A stretch of DNA of 63,350 nucleotides, filler included, from Reclinomonas americana ATCC 50394 (taxonomy: Eukaryota), in assembly GCA_048213135.1 (NCBI GenBank). It is 23 parts of 23 records of this genome, joined end to end, with 100 filler letters (N's around TTAATTAATTAA, not from the genome) between each part and the next. Parts side by side here need not be neighbours in the genome. Positions count along the whole stretch, not along the records: positions 22,209 to 26,650 come from AFZH01022865.1; positions 26,751 to 28,446 come from AFZH01022866.1; positions 28,547 to 29,738 come from AFZH01022868.1; positions 29,839 to 32,894 come from AFZH01022869.1; positions 32,995 to 34,252 come from AFZH01022870.1; positions 34,353 to 36,096 come from AFZH01022871.1; 17 more parts are not named here. The stretch is one strand, 5' to 3'. Every line of letters starts with the position of its first letter. Positions within the stretch are counted from its first letter, which is position 1. The notes beneath the pieces were generated by a model. That model searched no databases and had not been told where the DNA came from. It saw only the letters and a program-made list of their open reading frames with translations. This document shows positions 24,618 to 36,196 of this stretch, in pieces. The position numbers were made by a program, and so were the translations under genes.

Positions 24618-25151
24618 TTACCCGTTGCCATCCTGCTTGTCGTCACCAGCCGGCTTTTCGCCGAGCCTGTCCTTCAGCGCCGCCATCAGGTTCGGGTCGG
24701 CGAGAAGGGCCTTGAGCTGGTCGCTGGCCGCGACCTTGCCGTCCATGTAGCGCAGCAGATTGGCGAGCTGCTCGCGCGCCTCCAGCAGCTTGGCCGTAGC
24801 CGGAATCTGGCGGGCGATCGCAGCCGGGTTGAAGTCATCGAATTTCTTGAACTTGAGCGACACGGAGAGCTTGTCGCTTCCGTCGCCGAGCTTGTTCGGC
24901 ACGGCAAAAGCAGCACCGGGCTCGATCGCGGCCATGCGCTGATCGAAATTGTCCATATCGATATCGAGGAACTTGCGTTCGCCGACATCCGGCTTCTCCA
25001 CCGCCGAGGCATTGCCCGAGAGATCGGCGAGCACCCCCATCACGAAAGGCAACTCGACCTTCTGGTCGGCGTTGTAGGGGTCTTCGTAGGTGATGTGGAC
25101 CCGCGGCGGCCTATTGCGGCGAATGAACTTCTGCCCTGAATCTCCGGCCAT
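24618..25151 (-). CDS. tssB: T6SS sheath small subunit TssB
   Basis: QKFIRRNRPPRVHITY..ELPFVMGVLADLSG. Confidence 0.95.
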   Translation of the reverse strand: MAGDSGQKFIRRNRPPRVHITYEDPYNADQKVELPFVMGVLADLSGNASAVEKPDVGERKFLDIDMDNFDQRMAAIEPGAAFAVPNKLGDGSDKLSVSLKFKKFDDFNPAAIARQIPATAKLLEAREQLANLLRYMDGKVAASDQLKALLADPNLMAALKDRLGEKPAGDDKQDGNG

Positions 25152-25373
25152 AACGGCGCCCCTTCCTCTAGAGGCATCACGCAAGGAGAGCGTGATGCCA
25201 CGCTTACGATCCAGCTCGCTATACCATACACATTTGCCGACCGCTTGACAGTTCTCGTCGAACTGCTCGCAGCGGCTGCGCCAGATCCAGCCAGCTCAGC
25301 TTTGCAGGCGGATGACGTCACCGCATCCACCGAACGAATGAGGCGCGGCACTCCTTCGGGGGAGCGTCGCGAC

Positions 25374-26650
25374 TTATTCGCCGCTGCTCTGCCTTATGCC
25401 GACGTCAGGGAGGATATCGCCGAGGAGCGAGAGAAAATCTTGCTGCGCCAGCGCGCAGGCCTTGTCCATCAGCAGGGGCACCGGATTGGACGGCTCGGCA
25501 TGACGGTAGAAGCCGGCGACGGCCCTCATCCGGGCGATCGCTTCCGCCCGGCTGGCGACGGTGATCGCGAGCACGGGCGCAGCCTTTGCCGGGGCCTCCG
25601 GCTTGGGTTCGGCCTCGATCTCCTCTTCCGGCTGATCGCTCTCCGACTGCTCGTCGGCGTCCTGCGCCTGGTCGTCGTCGGGTTCTTCGGCAACGTCCTC
25701 CTCGGCGCTCTCCTCCTCGTCATAGGAGGAACTTTCCTCGTCATCATAGGACGAGCTCTCGTCGTCACTATCGGAGGCGTAGTCGTTGTCGCCGCTGCCC
25801 TCTTCGCCGCCGGAGCCGTCGCCACCTAGGCGTTCGAGGGGCAGCTGGTATTTCGTGTCCTCGCCGATCTCGAGCATCGCCTTGTCGACGTGCTCCGGGA
25901 ACATGATCTGGATGACCTCGATCAGCGACTTGCCGATCAGGCGCTGCGCCTGCCCGATCAACAGCACGGCTGGACTCGACGGCTCGACGCGCCGGAAATA
26001 GGCGAGGCAGCCGGCCAGTGCGGCCTGGGCTTCGTCGACGGAGGCGCAGACACCCGGCGGAAGCGCGGCAACCACCATCGTCCCGGCCACAGCACCACCG
26101 CCCACGGCAGGCGCCTCGGCGACGGCTGCGCCTTGCCCGCTCGGCGACTTCCGTTCGATCGCGGCTTCGAGAAAGGTGATGATCTGCCCGACCAGGCCAG
26201 CGAGCCGCGGGAAGGTCACCGCCTGGTCGGCGCCGAGCCGCTCGCTCCAGATCGCGCGCAATCGGGACTGCGCGTCCCGGATCGCGGTGACATGGCCGAG
26301 CATCGCGGTCAGATCGGAGAATTCCGCCTCCTTCAGCGCCGCATTGATCCCGCCGGCATCTGGATGTTGCTCATCCTCTCCGGGACGCAGCTCGCCCGAG
26401 GCGACGAGCTGGCTGCGGAACATCACCGGACCCAGCCGCTTGCTCATGAACAACGGCGCGTGCTGGAGCGGCAAAGCGATCGTGGCGTTCTCGTCGAGGC
26501 CCTGAAGCGCGACCTCGCGCATGATGAAGTCGCCATCCTCGGCCCTGGGATAGACCTCCTCCCAATAGTCCCCGAGATAGTTCACGATGAGCCCGAGGCA
26601 CCCGGCGAAGCCTGGGATGTCGCGATTGAGCAGGGAAAGCTTAGCCGCCG
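25374..26650 (-). CDS. tssA: T6SS TssA/ImpA (5' truncated) with duplicated C-terminal domain
   Basis: ImpA_N-like YWEEVYP. Two EPSxP helical modules flank an acidic linker. Confidence 0.85.
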
Positions 26651-26750
26651 NNNNNNNNNNNNNNNNNNNNNNNNNNNNNNNNNNNNNNNNNNNNTTAATT
26701 AATTAANNNNNNNNNNNNNNNNNNNNNNNNNNNNNNNNNNNNNNNNNNNN

Positions 26751-28446
26751 AATTGTTTGTTTATCAGATCGAAGCGGTGAGTACTTCTCGTGGCGACGAT
26801 CTTCAAAATTTAATTGGCGAGAAATGTCACATCAAGATGACGCTGAAGAGCGGTGAGGACCGGATCTTCAACGGCGTCCTGGTCGAGGCGCAGTGGCTCG
26901 GCCGCGAGAAGGATCTCGACCATTATCGCTTCGTGCTGCGACCCTGGCTCTGGCTGCTCTCGCAGCGGTCGGATTGCCGCATCTTCAAGAACAAGACGGC
27001 GATCGACATCATCAAGACGATCTTCGGCAAGGAGGACAAGGCGAGCTTCGAGGACCGCGTCAGCGAGCCGCCACCGGAAATCGACTATTGCGTGCAATAC
27101 CGCGAGTCCGATCTCGACTTCGTCCTGCGCCTGATGGAGAAGTACGGCATCTACTACTACTTCAAGCACAGCGAGGGGGATCACAAGCTGGTCCTGTCGG
27201 ATGCACGCAACTCGCATGATGCGGTGACCCCTGCGGCAGAGCCGGCCTTCTCCGGACCGGCCGGCGCCTACCCCTTCATGCCGACGGACGGGGCCCAGCG
27301 GCGGCGCATCGAGCATCTGACGCAATGGACGGCGCAGCGTCGGCTGCGGACCGGCAAGGTCGAGCTGAAGGACTACGATTTCGAGAAATCCGCCTCGGAC
27401 CTGACGGCGCGTGCCGAGGACGGCTTTCCGCGCACCAAGTCCTACGAGGTCTTCGACTATCCGGGTGCCTATCTCGATCGTGGCAAGGGCGAGAAGCTCG
27501 CCCGCATCCAGGTCCAGGCCGAGCAGTCGCAGGACGAGCGGCGCCACGCCGTCGGCGAGGCGCCCAGCCTCACCCCCGGTACATTGATGAAGCTCGCCGA
27601 TCATCCCGTCGGCTCGGAGAATGCCGAGTTCCTGGTGGTGCGGGCGACGCACAGTTACGGCGTGCAGAGCTATCGCTCGTCCAAGCGCGCCGACCAGGGC
27701 ATCTATCACGGCTCCTACGAGCTGCAGAAATCCGACAAGCGCTTCCGCGCTCCACAGGTGACTCCCTCCCCGCTCCATATCGGCCCCGACACCGCCAAGG
27801 TGGTCGGCGAGAAGAACAAGGGCGAGGAAGGCGATATCGACGTCGACAAATACGGCCGGATCTGGCTGCGCTTCCATTGGGACCGCGAGAAGGACTCGAC
27901 CTCCTGCCGTGTGCGCGTGGCGCAGGCCTGGTCAGGCAAGAACTGGGGCGGCCAGATCATCCCGCGCATCGGCCAGGAGGTCGTCGTCTCCTATATCGGC
28001 GGCGATCCCGACCGGCCGATCATCACCGGGGCCGTGGTCAACGACCAGCACATGCCGCCCTACGATCTGCCCGCCAACAAGACCCAGTCGGGCCTCAAGT
28101 CGGAATCGACCGATGGCGGCGGCAAGTCAGGCAAGTTCAACGAGATCAAGTTCGAGGACCTCGCCGGCAAGGAGGTCTTCTCCATGCAGGCCGAGCGCGA
28201 CCACAAGACCGAGGTCTTCAATCTCGAGACCCGCGATGTCGGCAAGAAATTCGAAGGCGGCCCGACCGACTTCGCCCGCACGACCCAGATCCTGAGCGGC
28301 AGCGACAAGCTGCACGTCAAGCAGGGCAAGCGCTATGTCGAGGCCGCTCTGGAGATCAAGCTGGTCTGCGGCCAGAGCGAGATCACGATGACGCCGACCA
28401 ACATCACGATCACCTCGCCGATGATCAAGGTGGAAAGCACCGCGAA
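26751..28446 (+). CDS. vgrG: T6SS spike VgrG (truncated at both ends)
   Basis: YCVQYRESDLDFVLRLME, IDVDKYGRI, IPRIGQEVVV..GGDPDRP, FNEIKFED. Confidence 0.93.
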
Positions 28447-28546
28447 NNNNNNNNNNNNNNNNNNNNNNNNNNNNNNNNNNNNNNNNNNNNTTAATTAATT
28501 AANNNNNNNNNNNNNNNNNNNNNNNNNNNNNNNNNNNNNNNNNNNN

Positions 28547-28994
28547 ACCTGGCGTCGGGGGAGAGCTTCTTGATCGCGACGCGGGTGGTGTAGCTGCCGT
28601 GCATCTGCCCGCCGGACATGTAGTTCCAGTCGCTGACCATCGCGCTGCCGGTGCGATAGCTGTCGCCCCGGTTCAGATTGTCGAGATGGACGGGGTCGTT
28701 GGCGATCCTGCCGATGAAGACGTCGCCTTCGACGGCGGTCAGGTTCATCCAGATGTGCTCGCGCCCGCGGTCATAGGGAATCGCGACCTTGACGGCGTGA
28801 CGCTCGCCCGTGCCGGCGCGATAGAGCGCGACGAAATCCGGCAGCGTCTTGCGTGCCTGCTCGATCGCGCGGTTCATCTCGCGATCAGAAGAACGGAAAT
28901 CGATCACCTGAGCCGCTGCGGGCGCGGCGATGAGCGCAGCGCCCAAAAGCCCAAGGCCACCCAACACCACTTGCCTCTGCCGTTGAACCCGCAT
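28547..28994 (-). CDS. DUF2314/YegJ-like exported protein (3' truncated)
   Basis: Signal peptide, then MNRAIEQARKTLPDF, EHIWM, GRIANDP, VSDWNY and GSYT. Confidence 0.8.
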
Positions 28995-29161
28995 CTCGAC
29001 ACTCCCGTCCCTGCGCGATCGCCCGTTCCGATCACCTCACAAACGAGCCAACCGATCGAACGGTTGCCTTGGTCGCATCAGAGACGGATTCCTCTGCCGC
29101 CTTCCGCCTCAGCCTGCGGTTGAGGCTGACCGGCCCGGTCGCTACCTTCGTCAGGCCGCAA

Positions 29162-29644
29162 TCACTTGACGGGTTTCAATGCCGAATCCCAATGCTCGAC
29201 GATCTTGCCGTCTTTGACGCGGAAGAGGTCGAACCAGTAGCTGTCATAGGTCTTGGTCGCGTCGGCCGGTTCGGGACGCGGACGGCGCATCATCAGCTGA
29301 ACCAGGTCGCCCTCGGCCAGAACGGCGACGAACTGAGTCTCGGCGACGCTTCCCGCCGGCTTGGGAGCCGGCCACAGCTTGGAAAAATAGTCGGTGAACC
29401 CCTTCAGCCCGCTCGCGATGTTGGGATTGTGCTGAATGTAGTCCTCGGACAGGTAGTCCTTGGCTTTCGTCCAGTCCTGCGCATCGAAGACGTTGCGCCA
29501 AAAGGCGAGCACGAGCGCCTTGTTCGCCGCCATATCCGCAGTCGCAGCCGGCTGGGCGGCGACGGGCGTAACGAAGGCGACCGCGAGCGCCATGACGGCG
29601 ATGCGGCCCCCAGCGGGTGAGCGATACGAGCATCGGCGATCCAT
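29162..29644 (-). CDS. Exported SnoaL/NTF2-like protein
   Basis: NKALVLAFW..YLSEDYIQHNP..DLFRVKDGKIVEHWD. Confidence 0.8.
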   Translation of the reverse strand: MDRRCSYRSPAGGRIAVMALAVAFVTPVAAQPAATADMAANKALVLAFWRNVFDAQDWTKAKDYLSEDYIQHNPNIASGLKGFTDYFSKLWPAPKPAGSVAETQFVAVLAEGDLVQLMMRRPRPEPADATKTYDSYWFDLFRVKDGKIVEHWDSALKPVK

Positions 29645-29838
29645 CCTTGCGCATGCAGCAGGCCAGATCGCTTAGCGGAGTGCGGACGACCGCGCGTTCA
29701 CAAGCTGGCGAGCGTCAGCCTTGCTGCTCCGGCTGGCCNNNNNNNNNNNNNNNNNNNNNNNNNNNNNNNNNNNNNNNNNNNNTTAATTAATTAANNNNNN
29801 NNNNNNNNNNNNNNNNNNNNNNNNNNNNNNNNNNNNNN

Positions 29839-30828
29839 CTCGATTTCGTCGAGCTGATGCGGCGCGCCGGCGACTCGCCAACTGCGACAACGCCGAGCAT
29901 CATCCAGCTTGCGCTCTACCGCGCTCCGTCCGTGGCAGAGCAGATCTTTCCGTTCGCGGTGCTGTTCGGCGGCATGTTCGCGCTGCTCACCCTCAGCCGG
30001 AAGCTCGAACTGGTCGTCGCCCGCTCGGTCGGCATCTCCGCCTGGCAATTCCTGCAGCCGGCGGCCCTGGTCGCCGGATTGGTCGGCTTGGTCTCGATCG
30101 GGATCTACAACCCGATCGCCGCCGAGCTGAAACAGCGCGCCACCGCGCTGGAAGCCTCGCTTTTCGTCAGGACGGGCCAGGTCGTCGGCAAGGAGATCTG
30201 GCTTCGCCAGCGCAGTGTCGACGGCCAAGCGATCATCCGGGCCGCCGCCGCACTGGAGGGAGGCGTCGGCCTAGCCCAGGTCGCATTCTTCACCTTCTCG
30301 CCCGATGGCGGCTTCAGGGAGCGCATCGAGGCGAAGCAGGCAGTGCTCTATCGCGGCTATTGGGAATTGTCGGAGGTGCGTGTCACCTCGGCCACGGAAG
30401 AGCCACAGACGTACTCGACATATCTGGTCGCGACGACGCTGGAGCCCGACCAGGTGCGACAAAGTTTCACCCCTCCCGACTCGGTCGGGTTCTGGTCGAT
30501 GCCGGCGGTGCTCGATCGGACCCAGAAGGCGGGTCTCGATACGACGCGCTACGAGTTGCGCTATGAATCCCTCAAGGCACGGCCGCTGCTACTGATCGCC
30601 ATGATCTTGGTGGCGGCATCCGTTTCCTTAAGATTTTTCCGGTTTGGTGGTGTGACCAGATTGGTGGTAGGTGGCGTCGCGGCGGGGTTCGTGCTCTATG
30701 TTGCGACGCAGTTGTCTGAGGAGCTCGGCTCATCGGGGATCGTCAATGCCTCGGTGGCCGCTTGGTTGCCCGCGATCGTGGGCACGCTGCTCGGCGCGCT
30801 TGCCCTCCTCCATCAGGAAGATGGCTGA
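29839..30828 (+). CDS. lptG: LPS export ABC permease LptG (5' truncated)
   Basis: ELVVARSVGISAWQFL and a C-terminal LLHQEDG. Lies directly upstream of lptD. Confidence 0.88.
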   Translation, partial: LDFVELMRRAGDSPTATTPSIIQLALYRAPSVAEQIFPFAVLFGGMFALLTLSRKLELVVARSVGISAWQFLQPAALVAGLVGLVSIGIYNPIAAELKQRATALEASLFVRTGQVVGKEIWLRQRSVDGQAIIRAAAALEGGVGLAQVAFFTFSPDGGFRERIEAKQAVLYRGYWELSEVRVTSATEEPQTYSTYLVATTLEPDQVRQSFTPPDSVGFWSMPAVLDRTQKAGLDTTRYELRYESLKARPLLLIAMILVAASVSLRFFRFGGVTRLVVGGVAAGFVLYVATQLSEELGSSGIVNASVAAWLPAIVGTLLGALALLHQEDG

Positions 30829-30864
30829 GAATACGGTGGCTATGGTTAATTTTGGATTGAGTTC

Positions 30865-32894
30865 ATGGCTTCCGGCGTAAGACGCATCAAGCGCCTTGCG
30901 GCTGCGACCGCGCTGGTGACGACACTCGCCCCGGTTCTCGGCTGGACGAGCCTTGCCTATGCCCAAGCCCCGGCCGGCAGCAAGCCCGGGGAACGCATGG
31001 TCGTCGACGCGCGCGAGCTCGTCTACGACAAGGACAACAACACCGTCTCCGCGGTCGGCGATGTCCAGATTCTCTATCAGGGCCGCACGATCGAAGCCGA
31101 TCGCGTCGTCTACGACCGCCAGAGCAAGCGCGTCGTCGCGACCGGCAATGCCCGCATCACCGAATCCAACGGCACGGTGATCACCGGCGACAGATTCAAC
31201 CTGACCGACGATTTCCGCGACGGCTTTATCGACTCGCTGCGCGTGGTGAACACCGACAAGACCCGCTTCTCGGCGCCGCGTGCCGAGCGGACCGACGGCG
31301 AGGTCTTCGTCTTCGACAAGGGCATCTACACGGCTTGCGAGCCTTGCGTGGACCAGCCCGAGCGCCCGCCCTTCTGGCAGGTGCGCGCGGCTCGGATCAT
31401 CCACAAGAAGGCCGAGCAGATGATCTATTACGAGGAGGCCCGGCTGGAGTTCGCCGGCGTCCCGATCGCCTATATCCCCTATATGTCTGGTCCGGACGCG
31501 ACCGTTAAGCGCAAGACCGGCTTCTTGGCGCCGAAATTCCTCAACACCTCGGCGTTGGGGTACGGCTTCAGCCTGCCCTACTTCATCAACCTCGCGCCGA
31601 ACTACGACCTGACGCTGACACCGACCTATCTGACGCGCCAGGGCTTTCTCGGCCAGGCCGAATGGCGGCACCGTTTCGTCAACGGCTCGTACAACATCCG
31701 CGCCGCCGGTATCTTCCAGCAGGACCAGAAGGCGTTTCTGGCAAGCCCGTTCGGCGCTGGCGACGACAAGTTCCGCGGTTCGGTCGAGACCTCCGGCAAG
31801 GTGTTCCTCAACCCGCGCTGGAATTTCAGCTGGGATGTCGCCGCCGCGACCGACCGGTTCTTCTTCAAGAACTACCGGATCCGCAGCGAGAGCATCACCG
31901 CCTCGACCTATCTGCAGGAATCGACCTCGACCGTCTCGCTCAACGGCCAGACCGCCGATGCCTGGTTCGACATGCGCGGCTATTACTTCCAGCCGCTGAC
32001 CTATTATGACTGGCAGAAGCAGCAGCCGATCGTCGGACCGGTCGTCGACTACAACAAGCGAATCCACAAGCCGTCGATGATCGGCGGCGAGCTGTCATTC
32101 ACTGTCAACATAACCAACCTCACGCGCGAGGCGGCCTCCTACAAGGCGCTTACACCGAACGATCAGAGATATCTGATCGCGACGCCGAGCTACTCGTTGT
32201 TCGACGGTTGCGCGGTCTACCAGAAGAACCAGTGCTTGGTGACGGGCCTTGCCGGCTCGATCGCACGCGCCACCGCCGAGGTCGACTGGCGGCGCAATTT
32301 CATCGACCCGATCGGCCAGGTCTGGACGCCTTACGCCTCGGTCAGGGCGGACGTGTTCTCGATCAACCCGAACACGACTAAATACGCCAACACCAACGTC
32401 GCCACGATCGCGGATCCCTCGGACGAGGTCTTCGGCCGGGCGATGCCGGCGGTCGGCCTGATGTACCGTTTCCCCTTCATCGCCTCGACCTCTTGGGGGA
32501 CGCACATCATCGAGCCGGTCGCGCAGGTCGTGGCCCGCCCGAACGAGACGAACAGCCTGCGGGTCGCCAATGAAGACGCGCAGAGCCTGGTCTTCGACGA
32601 CACCAACCTGTTCGAATGGAACAAGTTCTCCGGCTACGATCGCGTCGAGGGCGGCAGCCGCGCCAATGTCGGCCTGCGCTATAGTGGTACGTTCGGCAAA
32701 GAGGCTTATGCCAATCTACTGGTCGGGCAGTCCTACCATCTCGGCGGTCGCAACTCCTACGCCAGCGGCGATCTGGTGAACACCGGGCTGAATTCGGGAC
32801 TGGATACCCGCCGCTCCGATTATGTCGCCAAGGCGCAGTTCCAGCCGTTCAAGGGCCTGCTCTTGCAGGCCGGCGGGCGTTTCAACGAATCGAC
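30865..32894 (+). CDS. lptD: LPS assembly protein LptD (3' truncated)
   Basis: OstA-like N-domain, YTACEPC, KRKTGFLAP, FSGYDRVEGG. Confidence 0.92.
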
Positions 32895-32994
32895 NNNNNN
32901 NNNNNNNNNNNNNNNNNNNNNNNNNNNNNNNNNNNNNNTTAATTAATTAANNNNNNNNNNNNNNNNNNNNNNNNNNNNNNNNNNNNNNNNNNNN

Positions 32995-33950
32995 AGCGCG
33001 ATGAACAGCAGCACCGGCAGGCTGGCGATCAGGATCGCGCTGGCGGCGACGACGTCGAAGACCCGCTTGAACAGGATCTGGGCGAAGGACAGCGCCGGCC
33101 GCGTCAGCCTCAACGAGGCGAGCGAGCCGATCCGGACGATATGAGGGTTGTCGAAACGGTCCATGACCCGCTCCGGCGTCAGATGGATCGCGACCGGCAG
33201 ATTCATGAAGGCGTCGATGCAGGCATCGATCGTCTCCTGGTCAGACCAGGGCAAAGCGATGAAGACGGCATCCGGCTTGAGATCGCGGGCGCGGGCCGAG
33301 GCGGTGGCGAGGTCCGCGGCGAGCGCGGCCTGCGGATCATTGATCCGGCGTGGGTCGTTGCTGCGCAGGAAGGCGACGTCGACGATCGAGAAGCCGATGT
33401 TCCAGGGCTGGTGGCGGGCGACGAAGGACATCACCTCGCTCTCGCGCCCGATCAGGAAGACCCGCTCGGAGGTGATCCGGCCGGTCTTGGAGGCCATTGA
33501 GATGGTACGTACGATCGCCGAGCGGGCGAGCGCGATCAGCGGGGCGCCGGCGACATAGGTGGCGAACACGACCGCGCGCGAGTACTGGTCGTTGATCTTG
33601 GCCATGAAGACGATGGCGACGAAAGCGACCATCGTCAGGTTCCAGACCGCGAAGGCCGAAGCGATCTGGCCCTTGGTCGAGAGATAGTTCTCCAGGCGGT
33701 AGCGGCCGCGCATCAGATTGGTGAAGACGAAGATCGCAGCGATCATCGAGGCGAGCTCGACGGTGATCTTGTCGTTGCCGAGATGGCGGTAGGCGACGAA
33801 ATGGTAGGCGAGCGAGGTGCTGGCGACCACGGTCGCCACGGTCACCGCGTCGACCAGCGCCGTGATCAGCCCGATCCAGTGGCGCAGCGCATTGGCGCGC
33901 TGGTCTGCTGCTGTTGCGACTTCATAGTCCAGGTCGTTGACGCTCATCAT
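32995..33950 (-). CDS. Undecaprenyl-phosphate glucose phosphotransferase (WcaJ-like, 3' truncated)
   Basis: Four N-terminal TM segments, VFIALPW and KRVFDVV. Confidence 0.82.
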
Positions 33951-34352
33951 GCCGCGCTCACTCGGTCGCAGGCAGTCCGGATTCGGCACAGGAAGATGCG
34001 CCGCAGACCGCCTCTTCGGTCGAAGTGGCAAGGGCGATGCCGCGACGGCACGGCAGCAAAATCGACGAAAACAAGCAGGAATCGATCTGGTCCATCCTCC
34101 TTCGACCAGGACGTGATCGCAGGGCGTGCCATAACGGGACAGCCGACAGGACAAGAGGTCACCGAGGCGCCGAGATCGGCTGTGCGATCAGGGAAAGGCC
34201 GCGTTCATCCTATGGCGGGGTTCCGCTTGACCCGAGCCGGAAACGCAACGAANNNNNNNNNNNNNNNNNNNNNNNNNNNNNNNNNNNNNNNNNNNNTTAA
34301 TTAATTAANNNNNNNNNNNNNNNNNNNNNNNNNNNNNNNNNNNNNNNNNNNN

Positions 34353-34789
34353 GCGTGATGCTTCTCGGCGGTCGGCCGGGCATCGCCGAGCGCGCCGCCG
34401 CGAGGTTGCGGGCCGACCATCCGCAGCATCGCTTCTCGGTGTTGAGCCACGGCTATTTCGGACCGGACGAGGAAGCCGCCCTGCTGGCGCGGCTCGCGCA
34501 TGAGCGGCCCGATCTCCTGCTGGTCGCCTTCGGCAATCCGAAGCAGGAGCAGTGGATCGCCGACCATATCGATGCCCGCCATTGCGCGGTCGCCGCCGGC
34601 ATCGGCGCGCTGTTCGATTTCCTCGCCGGCGAGGTGGCGCGGGCGCCGGAAACCTTCCGGGCCCTCAGGATCGAATGGACCTACCGCCTCTGGCTCGAGC
34701 CGCGCCGACTCTGGCGGCGCTATGTCGTCGGCAATCCCGCCTTCCTCCTGCGCGTGCTGCGCCAGAAGCTGGCAGGACGCGGCGCCTGA
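34353..34789 (+). CDS. WecB/TagA/CpsF glycosyltransferase (5' truncated)
   Basis: HGYF, PDLLLVAFGNPKQEQWI, EPRRLWRRY. Confidence 0.88.
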
Positions 34790-34792
34790 GGG

Positions 34793-35920
34793 TCAGGGCT
34801 TCTTCCCAACGATGGAGCCGAAGAGCGGGCCAGCGCCGATCATCACCAGGAAGACCCGGACGATGTGGTGCGCCGCGACGAATGCGACCTCGGTGTGCAG
34901 CGCCAGCGCGATCAGGCTCATCTCGGCGAGTCCCCCCGGCGAATAAGCCAGGATCAGCGGCACGGGCTTGTAGCTGGAGACATGCGCCACGAGGAAGGCG
35001 AAGATCAGCGTCAGCGCCACCAGGATCACGGTCGATCCGACCGAGATCAGCAGGATGCGCAGGATCGCCTGCGGCGGCGTACCGACGAAGCGGCACCCGA
35101 TGGTGACGCCGAGGATGAGCTGGGCGACGTTGACGATCTCATAGGGCGGCACGGAATCGCTGAAGCCGACGAGATGCACGATGGCTGAGACCAGCATCGG
35201 CCCGAGCAGTTGCTTTGCCGGCAGCCGCAGTGCATGGGCGAGCATCACGCCCGCGAGCGCGCTGGCGACCAGCCAGAACCAGGCCAGCGCCGTGGTCTGG
35301 AACATGGACGGGCCGGTATTGCGGTTGATGCCGAGCGAGACGCCCTCGAGCCATTGCACGATGAAGGGCAGCGTCATCACCACCAGCAGGATGCGGGCGG
35401 AATGGATCAGCGCGATGGTGCGGGCATCGCCGCCCTTCTCCTCGCCGGTGATCACCATCTCGACCAGACCGCCGGGCATGCCGGAGAAGAAGGCGGTCAC
35501 CGGATCATAGCCGGCGACGCGGCGGAAATAGGTGACGCAGCACAGGCCGCAGGCGACCATGAACAGCACGAGGCCGCCGATGGTCGGCAGCCAGTTCGGC
35601 ATCTGCGCGACGATCTCCGGCTTGAAGCCGGAGCCGAGCATCACCCCGATCACCGCCGACATGGGCGGGCGGATCACCGGGGGAGCGGCCACCGGGGCGC
35701 GGGCGATGGCGGCCACGGTGCAGAACACCATCGAGCCGAGCATCCAGGGCAATGGCAGGCGGTAATGCGCGAAGAGCCAGCCGCCCACCGTGCCGAGCGC
35801 AAGGGCGAACAGGAAACGGCGCCAGGGAAATCGTCGCGGCGACAATTCGTTGATGCCATCGACCGCATCCCGCAGCAGATCCCGCATCGCTCCGATCACC
35901 TCCCTGAGACGCATATCCAT
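34793..35920 (-). CDS. AbrB-family (AmoA-like) duplicated membrane protein
   Basis: LPLPWMLGSM, PGGLVEMV and PGGLAEMS repeats. Confidence 0.85.
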   Translation of the reverse strand: MDMRLREVIGAMRDLLRDAVDGINELSPRRFPWRRFLFALALGTVGGWLFAHYRLPLPWMLGSMVFCTVAAIARAPVAAPPVIRPPMSAVIGVMLGSGFKPEIVAQMPNWLPTIGGLVLFMVACGLCCVTYFRRVAGYDPVTAFFSGMPGGLVEMVITGEEKGGDARTIALIHSARILLVVMTLPFIVQWLEGVSLGINRNTGPSMFQTTALAWFWLVASALAGVMLAHALRLPAKQLLGPMLVSAIVHLVGFSDSVPPYEIVNVAQLILGVTIGCRFVGTPPQAILRILLISVGSTVILVALTLIFAFLVAHVSSYKPVPLILAYSPGGLAEMSLIALALHTEVAFVAAHHIVRVFLVMIGAGPLFGSIVGKKP

Positions 35921-36196
35921 AGCAATGCTACGCCGCTGCTATACGCCATTCGCATGGCGATGACAGGGCGCTATCGGCATGTCGGGTTTGCCTTCGTGGC
36001 GGAGCGAAGGAGCGCCGCGGCAAACTCGTCAGGCAACCCCGCCATGCTCGCAAGCCACTGACGAACGGTCGGAAAATCGAAGACAGTTCCGGTCCTNNNN
36101 NNNNNNNNNNNNNNNNNNNNNNNNNNNNNNNNNNNNNNNNTTAATTAATTAANNNNNNNNNNNNNNNNNNNNNNNNNNNNNNNNNNNNNNNNNNNN

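Noticed and set aside
28547..28994. DUF2314 protein as the T6SS immunity partner of the VgrG
   Set aside because: It lies on a separate contig, on the opposite strand, with no effector visible. Adjacency is unproven.
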